This document shows, in pieces, positions 15,398 to 20,613 of a stretch of DNA of 20,613 bases (the stretch's first letter is position 1; the number at the start of each line of letters is the position of its first letter). The stretch is from a virus (Duplodnaviria; Heunggongvirae; Uroviricota; Caudoviricetes), in the IMG/VR virus record IMGVR_UViG_3300038443_000757, positions 1 through 20,613 of that record, one strand, 5' to 3'. The position numbers were made by a program, and so were the translations under genes. The notes below the pieces were generated by a model. The model saw only the letters and a list, made by a program, of their open reading frames with translations, was not told the DNA's origin and did not search any database.

Positions 15398-15547
15398 ATG
15401 ACAATTGAAGTTATTTCCACTACGAAGATTCCGTTTAGAAAGAAGGATAAGCTTCATTATCATGCTGGAAAGATTTATCAAAATGTTGAGAAGAGAGTTG
15501 CTGAATACTTAATTGGAAGTGGGTTTGCTAAGCTGGTGGGCAGATGA
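15398..15547 (+). CDS. Hypothetical protein, 49 aa
   Basis: 3' part of track ORF 15356..15547; RBS AAGGAG. Confidence 0.72.
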   Translation: MTIEVISTTKIPFRKKDKLHYHAGKIYQNVEKRVAEYLIGSGFAKLVGR

Positions 15548-15840
15548 GTCAACTAATCAATAACGCCATTGAAGCACGTATGGCCCTTAGACGCTCACAA
15601 ATGAGGTATAAAGCGATCCTCATGATAGGGTGTGGGTTTACCCTAAATGATGGCTTGTGGCGTTCTGGAGGGCATTGTATGGACGACAGAACGTATCGCA
15701 AGCTAGACTATGACAGTCTGGTTCAGCTTCTGAAGTGGATGGGAGTGTTAGAAAATAAAGTTTTAAAAACGTTTGACACTTTGGGGATTATCGCATACAA
15801 TAAGAACATGAACAACACGACAAACGAAAGAATAAATTAA
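15544..15840 (+). CDS. Hypothetical protein, 98 aa
   Basis: ORF track; ATGA overlap; the 3' end contains a promoter and low-complexity Asn/Thr codons. Confidence 0.65.
   Translation: MSQLINNAIEARMALRRSQMRYKAILMIGCGFTLNDGLWRSGGHCMDDRTYRKLDYDSLVQLLKWMGVLENKVLKTFDTLGIIAYNKNMNNTTNERIN
15773..15801 (+). promoter_or_regulatory. Sigma-A promoter inside the 3' end of the upstream ORF
   Basis: TTGACA-N17-TACAAT. Confidence 0.78.
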
Positions 15841-15858
15841 ACGAAGGGATTGATCATC

Positions 15859-16008
15859 ATGAAAAACCCACAAGAAAAGTTGGCGGCAATCGTAGGCAAG
15901 GAGAATGCAGAGCAGTATGTGAGTACCGTCAAGGCAATGATTGAAGCTGATGACTTCATGAATCAAGAGCAGGTGGACGAAAAGATTCCCGCACAATATG
16001 AGGTATAA
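15859..16008 (+). CDS. Hypothetical protein, 49 aa, acidic (MKNPQEKLAAIVG...)
   Basis: Read by hand; RBS AAGGGA; downstream of the 15773 promoter. Confidence 0.7.
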   Translation: MKNPQEKLAAIVGKENAEQYVSTVKAMIEADDFMNQEQVDEKIPAQYEV

Positions 16009-16095
16009 AAAAGTTCACTGCGGCATACAATGATAACATGAAGCACAAACGGCAACTAAGTCAGACAGATAACAAATAAAATTAATAAAAATTGT

Positions 16096-16124
16096 TTGAC
16101 AGCAAGAAATGATTGTGGTAAGAT
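16096..16124 (+). promoter_or_regulatory. Sigma-A promoter with extended -10
   Basis: TTGACA-N17-TAAGAT, TG at the extended -10 position. Confidence 0.8.
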
Positions 16125-16183
16125 GAAATCAAGTTAATGAATGAAAGAAAAACCCAAACCAAACTAAGGAGAAGTGATTAAAG

Positions 16184-17344
16184 ATGGCAAATCAAACAAT
16201 GGTAGCAGTTCCAAGTAATGGTGTTGTAGTAGGCAAGATGAAACGTACCAACTCCACCAAGACAATCAAACAAATCATGAAAAACGAAAGCAAGTATCGC
16301 TTCGATCTGGCAATTCAGCGCAACACTGTATGGAGCGATATTCAAAAATCGATGCTGATCAACTCCATCATGGAAGAGTTTCCAATTCCTCTGGTGTTCA
16401 TTCGTGCTACGGATGACGGATACTTTTGGATGATCGATGGTAAACAGCGCTTCACAACAATCTTCGACTTCATCAATGAAAAATTCCCGCTTCACAAAGA
16501 TACACCTTCCGTAACAGTGGAGCGCGTAATCAAAATTGAAGGAAAAGAAGATCAAACAGCCATTGAAGAAGTTGAAGTTGAAGGTAAGTATTTCTCTGAA
16601 CTTGACAAAGAGCTTCAAGATGACATTCTTGATTATAGCATGTCAATTGTTGAAATCAAGAATATCACTGATGAACAAGTCGAAGAACTTTTCCAGCGTC
16701 TGAATGCTGGTTCGCCTCTCACGGCAATGGAGTTGACACGTGCAATGTCTGGAACGAAGACGATGGAATTCGTTGATAAAATTTCCAAAACGACATTCTT
16801 CTCCGACTTCGCTTCAATTAGCGTAGCTCAACGGAATCGTTACACGGACAATGAGCTTATCATGCAAATTATGATGTTGCTTGCAGGCCGTCAAAGTGAT
16901 CTTGGTTCCAAGGAAATCAAAGAATTTGCCTCTTCGCTTCGTGAAGTTGGTATTGAAACAGTTGTTGATGAAACTCCTTTCTTCGCTACGATTGATTACC
17001 TTGAAAAAGCTTTTGAAACATTTGATGGTACGGATGCTGAAAAGAACCGTAAAATCCGTAACAGAATGCTTAAAAAGGTACACATTCCAGTGTTGTTCTT
17101 GACAGCACAAGAAACAGCGGCGGCTGGCGTTGATCCTGTCGAATTTGGCAAGTGGGCATATCAATTCTTGGTAGTTGACAAGAAGAAAAATGGCACGAAC
17201 GGAGCGACTTACAACAATTACTGCGGAAGCGCTACGCATAAGTGGAATAAGGTTGCTGGACGTATCAAAACGATGCAAGCTTCTGCGCGTGAGACGTTCA
17301 ACCTGACGGCTCAACAAGAAGTGGCGGCAAGCACTGAAGAATAA
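16184..17344 (+). CDS. DUF262-domain protein (ParB/Srx-like fold, as in the GmrSD N-terminus), 386 aa
   Basis: IQRNTVWS, FPIPLVFI, IDGKQRFTTI, LFQRLNAGSPL motifs. Confidence 0.88.
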   Translation: MANQTMVAVPSNGVVVGKMKRTNSTKTIKQIMKNESKYRFDLAIQRNTVWSDIQKSMLINSIMEEFPIPLVFIRATDDGYFWMIDGKQRFTTIFDFINEKFPLHKDTPSVTVERVIKIEGKEDQTAIEEVEVEGKYFSELDKELQDDILDYSMSIVEIKNITDEQVEELFQRLNAGSPLTAMELTRAMSGTKTMEFVDKISKTTFFSDFASISVAQRNRYTDNELIMQIMMLLAGRQSDLGSKEIKEFASSLREVGIETVVDETPFFATIDYLEKAFETFDGTDAEKNRKIRNRMLKKVHIPVLFLTAQETAAAGVDPVEFGKWAYQFLVVDKKKNGTNGATYNNYCGSATHKWNKVAGRIKTMQASARETFNLTAQQEVAASTEE

Positions 17345-17351
17345 GAAATTG

Positions 17352-17383
17352 GGGCACATGATCGATCAAGTGGTTGTGTGCCC
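17352..17383 (+). terminator. Hairpin after the DUF262 gene
   Basis: GGGCACA...TGTGCCC. Confidence 0.55.
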
Positions 17384-17403
17384 TTCCTACATACAAAAAT
17401 AAT

Positions 17404-17432
17404 TTGACTTCATTTCTTACAAATGATATAAT
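17404..17432 (+). promoter_or_regulatory. Sigma-A promoter with extended -10
   Basis: TTGACT-N17-TATAAT with TG. Confidence 0.85.
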
Positions 17433-17462
17433 AAATTAAAACCAAATCAAGGAGAGATGAAC

Positions 17463-18152
17463 ATGTCTGACATGATTCGTAAGATTCAAATGCTACTCCG
17501 TAAAACGCCTGAAAATGGAGCTACGGAGGCTGAATCACAGTCCGCATTGTTGATGGCTCAAAAGCTTATGCTTCAACACAATTTGACAATGGACGATGTT
17601 GAAGAGATTGAAAGTGATAAAAAGATTCCGCTTAATATTCGTAAAGAAGCATATAAAAAACCTGTAACAAATTACATGAATCTTCCTTGGTGGTACGGTT
17701 CGTTGGCAATGATTATATCTGAAAACTTCAGGTGCTTTTGCTTTAAACAAACAGATTGGAGGAACGGTAAAGGTAAACGTCTTGTATTTCTTGGCCTGAA
17801 AGAAGATGCGCAAATTGCAAATGATGTATTCCATTTCGCTGTTAAGTGCATTGAACATTTGTCTAAAGGATATCTTAATGACAATCTTGTTTCAACAAAG
17901 AAAATGACACGAACAAAAAATGATTATATATTTGGCTATCTTGATAGTCTTACAGAATTATTCAAAAAACAAGTTGAAGACAGTTTTCAACTTGCACTTG
18001 TCAAAGATGAAATTGTTGTTTCTGAATATGATAAAATAAAATTAAAAGATGCACGTAAAACAAAAATAGGCATTGCTGGCGATAATGATGCATATGAAAC
18101 AGGGTTTGAGGATGGTAAAAACTTCAACTATGGAGCTAAGGCATTGAAATAA
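17463..18152 (+). CDS. DUF2786-domain protein, 229 aa
   Basis: N-terminal KIQMLLRK...EAESQSALLMAQKLMLQHNL; start after RBS AAGGAG. Confidence 0.78.
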   Translation: MSDMIRKIQMLLRKTPENGATEAESQSALLMAQKLMLQHNLTMDDVEEIESDKKIPLNIRKEAYKKPVTNYMNLPWWYGSLAMIISENFRCFCFKQTDWRNGKGKRLVFLGLKEDAQIANDVFHFAVKCIEHLSKGYLNDNLVSTKKMTRTKNDYIFGYLDSLTELFKKQVEDSFQLALVKDEIVVSEYDKIKLKDARKTKIGIAGDNDAYETGFEDGKNFNYGAKALK

Positions 18153-18153
18153 T

Positions 18154-18169
18154 TGTTCCACGTGAAACA
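18154..18169. other. parS: parS-like site
   Basis: TGTTCCACGTGAAACA, 1 nt after the stop. Confidence 0.9.
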
Positions 18170-18230
18170 TTTTGTATTAAATGTTCCTGAGAGAACATAT
18201 ACATTATAAAAACTATTGGAGGTTGAATAA

Positions 18231-18350
18231 GTGAATAATGACAACAAGAACAAGCCAAAAGAAAATGTTGATGGAACAGAGTTGATTGTTGTATTCTTTG
18301 CCTTTATACTGGTAGTAGTGGTACTTGGTGTCATTACTCGGGGAGGCTGA
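18231..18350 (+). CDS. Small membrane protein, 39 aa (GTG start)
   Basis: Read by hand; GGAGG RBS; hydrophobic run LIVVFFAFILVVVVLGVI. Confidence 0.72.
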   Translation: MNNDNKNKPKENVDGTELIVVFFAFILVVVVLGVITRGG

Positions 18351-18356
18351 ACCATC

Positions 18357-18521
18357 ATGGAGAATTTGAAAATCATAATATTTACAACTGATGAATTAAA
18401 AGCTTTACAATACTGGTTCGCGATGGCGCATGCGGGTAGAGCGGTTAATGGATTCATGCATGATGATGTTGACAATTCGGCCCTTGAAAAGATACAAGAA
18501 GCAATAGAAGAAAGATTTTAA
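18357..18521 (+). CDS. Hypothetical protein, 54 aa
   Basis: Read by hand; GGGAGG RBS. Confidence 0.75.
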   Translation: MENLKIIIFTTDELKALQYWFAMAHAGRAVNGFMHDDVDNSALEKIQEAIEERF

Positions 18522-18536
18522 AAAGGAGTTAACATC

Positions 18537-18794
18537 ATGGAAAACTTAACTTTAAAAGGTTTGCGTCAAATGGCTGAAATGAGAAGCAAAACGTTAAGCA
18601 GTGATGAACTTTACATTCTTCGTATTGAAGAAGAGCTTGACAAGCGGCAATATGACTATGATCAATTAGAGGATATCATTGTTGCACTGTTGGCCTTGCT
18701 TATGCGTGGTGAGATGGTTGACGCTATTAGATTGAGTAAAATGTTAAGTGAACCAAATGGTATTGTTCAATTCTTTAATTTCATGGGAGAGTGA
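18537..18794 (+). CDS. Hypothetical protein, 85 aa
   Basis: ORF track; AAGGAG RBS. Confidence 0.82.
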   Translation: MENLTLKGLRQMAEMRSKTLSSDELYILRIEEELDKRQYDYDQLEDIIVALLALLMRGEMVDAIRLSKMLSEPNGIVQFFNFMGE

Positions 18795-18797
18795 AAA

Positions 18798-19061
18798 ATG
18801 AAATTGGCTTATCCAAAACATTATATTGTTGTCATTGGTAAACCGCTCGTATCTCTTGAAGGTCTAGGTCTTGACTGTCAATGTCAGACATTATATACTG
18901 AAGAAAGATTCTTTCCACGTATCTTAGTTGATCTTGAAGTATTCCCGTCTGTATCAGAAATAAGAAAAAATAGAAAAGAATTAGTTAAAACATTTGACAA
19001 ACTTGATTTTATTACATTTAAGATTGGAACTAGGGTAGTTGATGTTGTAGTGGGAGAGTGA
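18798..19061 (+). CDS. Hypothetical protein, 87 aa; C-terminus weakly resembles S4-like RNA-binding segments
   Basis: ILVDLEVFPSVSEIRKN...FKIG; resemblance only. Confidence 0.75.
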   Translation: MKLAYPKHYIVVIGKPLVSLEGLGLDCQCQTLYTEERFFPRILVDLEVFPSVSEIRKNRKELVKTFDKLDFITFKIGTRVVDVVVGE

Positions 19062-19065
19062 GGAA

Positions 19066-19386
19066 ATGCTTTATGCTTGCATATGTTGTAACAAGCTGAC
19101 AGAGCAGTCATTAATAGAAGAATATACACATAAAATTATACCAGAATATTTTATACCTATCGGAAGTCTTGGCTGGCTTGGTAGCACTTATATCTGTCCA
19201 TTGTGCAATGAAGAAAATGCTGGATACGATCTGCGTACAGAGGATTATTTCTTTAAACGTTACTTAGTGCAATGGAAAGATGGCGGAAACGATACATTTG
19301 AAGGCGTTGATATTGTTGACGCTCTCAAACGTATTGATTCTGTAGATAAAGTAAGTAATATAAAAATATATAAGGAGGTTTCTTAA
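19066..19386 (+). CDS. Putative zinc-ribbon protein, 106 aa
   Basis: CICC...CPLC. Confidence 0.75.
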   Translation: MLYACICCNKLTEQSLIEEYTHKIIPEYFIPIGSLGWLGSTYICPLCNEENAGYDLRTEDYFFKRYLVQWKDGGNDTFEGVDIVDALKRIDSVDKVSNIKIYKEVS

Positions 19387-19608
19387 ATGTATCCAAAGGT
19401 ATTTTTAAATAAAGCTAACTTCATTGAGTGTATTGAATTACCTGATGGAAGAATTAGCAAGCGTAACTATGGAGTTCTTCCTGAGTTAAGTTTGCTTGAT
19501 GAAGTTATTGATCAAGAATTTGAAATTTATGATGCATCTGGTGAAAAAATTAAACACTGTTTACTTTTGGAAGTAGAGAGATATAAAATTAGGTATGACG
19601 TAATTTAA
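19387..19608 (+). CDS. Hypothetical protein, 73 aa
   Basis: ORF track; AAGGAGG RBS. Confidence 0.82.
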   Translation: MYPKVFLNKANFIECIELPDGRISKRNYGVLPELSLLDEVIDQEFEIYDASGEKIKHCLLLEVERYKIRYDVI

Positions 19609-19627
19609 TATAGTCAAGGAGGTGTTC

Positions 19628-19798
19628 ATGGTGAAAGTGCGATATGAAAGTGATTTAGGTCATTTCGATGGATTAACTTATGGACTTGTTTACGAAGTCA
19701 TTGACGAAAATGAAACACAATACATCGTTTTCCCAAATGACTTAGGTGCAAAAAGTGCGATTCAGAAATCGAAGTTTAGTATTTTTGAATCGAAGTAA
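19628..19798 (+). CDS. Hypothetical protein, 56 aa (beta-rich, possibly SH3-like)
   Basis: Read by hand; AAGGAGGTG RBS. Confidence 0.75.
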   Translation: MVKVRYESDLGHFDGLTYGLVYEVIDENETQYIVFPNDLGAKSAIQKSKFSIFESK

Positions 19799-20053
19799 TT
19801 CAATGAATAGGCGGTGAACATTATTTATGCCTGATTATATAAAATTACTAATTGATAAGTGGGCTAATGGAAAGATAGACAACGATAAGTTATGTAGACT
19901 GAGTGATAAATTTAATTCTTGGAAAGGTGTTCTCAATCAAAAAGAAGCTGATTCCAAGATATCAAAATGAATATTCAAGAATATTAGTAGTTCTAAATGA
20001 ATCATAAAATGAATATAATAAACTAAGAAAACATTATAGGAGGATGATTTTAA

Positions 20054-20470
20054 ATGGTTAAAGCATCTTTTATTAGAAGGTTTGCGGCACTGGTAGCAGA
20101 CGGATTTATTTTAGGCGTAATTAGCACCGTCATTGGAGCTATCATTGGATTCGTATTTGGAACTATTGGCGCTGATGAAGGCTTTATTACGCTTCTAAGC
20201 TTCGTTGTTGGTCTTGCATGCGGTTGGTTCTACTATGTAGAAGTTCCTGTCATGAACAATGGTCAGACGCTTGGAAAGAAATTATTCCATATTCGTATCG
20301 TTAAAGAAACTGGTGAACTGACAAGAACGACAATGTTTGTACGTGAGTATATTGGAAAGTTTTGTTCTGGAATCATCTTCCTTATTGGTTATCTTATGGC
20401 TCTTGGCGATTCGCGTAAAGCTTTGCATGACAGATTTGTTGATACAATTGTAGTCAAAGTTGATGTATAA
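20054..20470 (+). CDS. RDD family membrane protein, 138 aa
   Basis: RRFAALVAD...GQTLGKKLFHIRIV...RKALHDRFVDTIVV; hydrophobic helices. Confidence 0.9.
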   Translation: MVKASFIRRFAALVADGFILGVISTVIGAIIGFVFGTIGADEGFITLLSFVVGLACGWFYYVEVPVMNNGQTLGKKLFHIRIVKETGELTRTTMFVREYIGKFCSGIIFLIGYLMALGDSRKALHDRFVDTIVVKVDV

Positions 20471-20484
20471 ATAAATTAAAAAGG

Positions 20485-20518
20485 GGCACAATATCATCTG
20501 AAAGGATGGTGTTGTGCC
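20485..20518 (+). terminator. 14-bp hairpin with G-U pairs after the RDD gene
   Basis: GGCACAATATCATC-TGAAAG-GATGGTGTTGTGCC. Confidence 0.55.
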
Positions 20519-20613
20519 TTCAGCGGCAAAGTACATTTAACTGTTGGTGTTTTGTTGTGGCTGATATCAATGTATCATAATCAAGATTTAAACCTGCTTG
20601 CAGTGGCTATAGG

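Noticed and set aside
663-17102. Alternative-frame plus-strand ORFs (663, 1594, 4237, 6751, 7859, 13840, 16881)
   Set aside because: They overlap better-supported genes in another frame and lack RBS.
2606-19708. Spo0A boxes (TGNCGAA at 2606, 5017, 9335, 12221, 19702)
   Set aside because: All lie inside coding sequence, mostly from Asp-Glu or Val-Glu codons, with no promoter association; compatible with chance.
19800-20040. Possible ncRNA or origin in the AT-rich gap before the RDD gene
   Set aside because: No iterons, DnaA-box cluster or stable structure recognisable by eye.
409-20536. Minus-strand ORFs in the track (e.g. 16178..16618, 16814..17359, 18128..18475)
   Set aside because: They are shadows of well-supported plus-strand genes, lack convincing RBS and have atypical composition.

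Overview
AT-rich window, with every credible gene on the + strand and no housekeeping genes. It looks like the early/accessory region of a large Bacillota (probably Bacillaceae) phage, prophage or megaplasmid; no structural, integrase or conjugation genes are present to decide which. Left part (1-8455): an array of 28 small hypothetical ORFs. Nearly every one is preceded by the same module: a hairpin of variable sequence, a conserved GTGT(C/T)GCG core, an A-rich linker often containing CTAAA, and an (A)GGATGGATGA or AGGAATGATGA ribosome-binding site. I count 27 modules in the array (the first cut by the window edge) and 2 outliers at about 10.9 and 11.2 kb. Eleven matches to the Bacillus Spo0J/ParB parS palindrome (TGTTNCACGTGAAACA) are spread across the window. 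All are intergenic and eight are built into the modules. Right part (8490-20613): sigma-A-type promoters driving a PcrA/UvrD-like helicase, a lipoprotein, two tandem Ser/Thr-kinase-like genes, a stand-alone DUF262 protein, a DUF2786 protein, an RDD protein and more small hypotheticals. Start codons were re-picked from the RBS and several ORFs under 60 aa were added by hand. Family calls come from motif recognition only; no database search was run.
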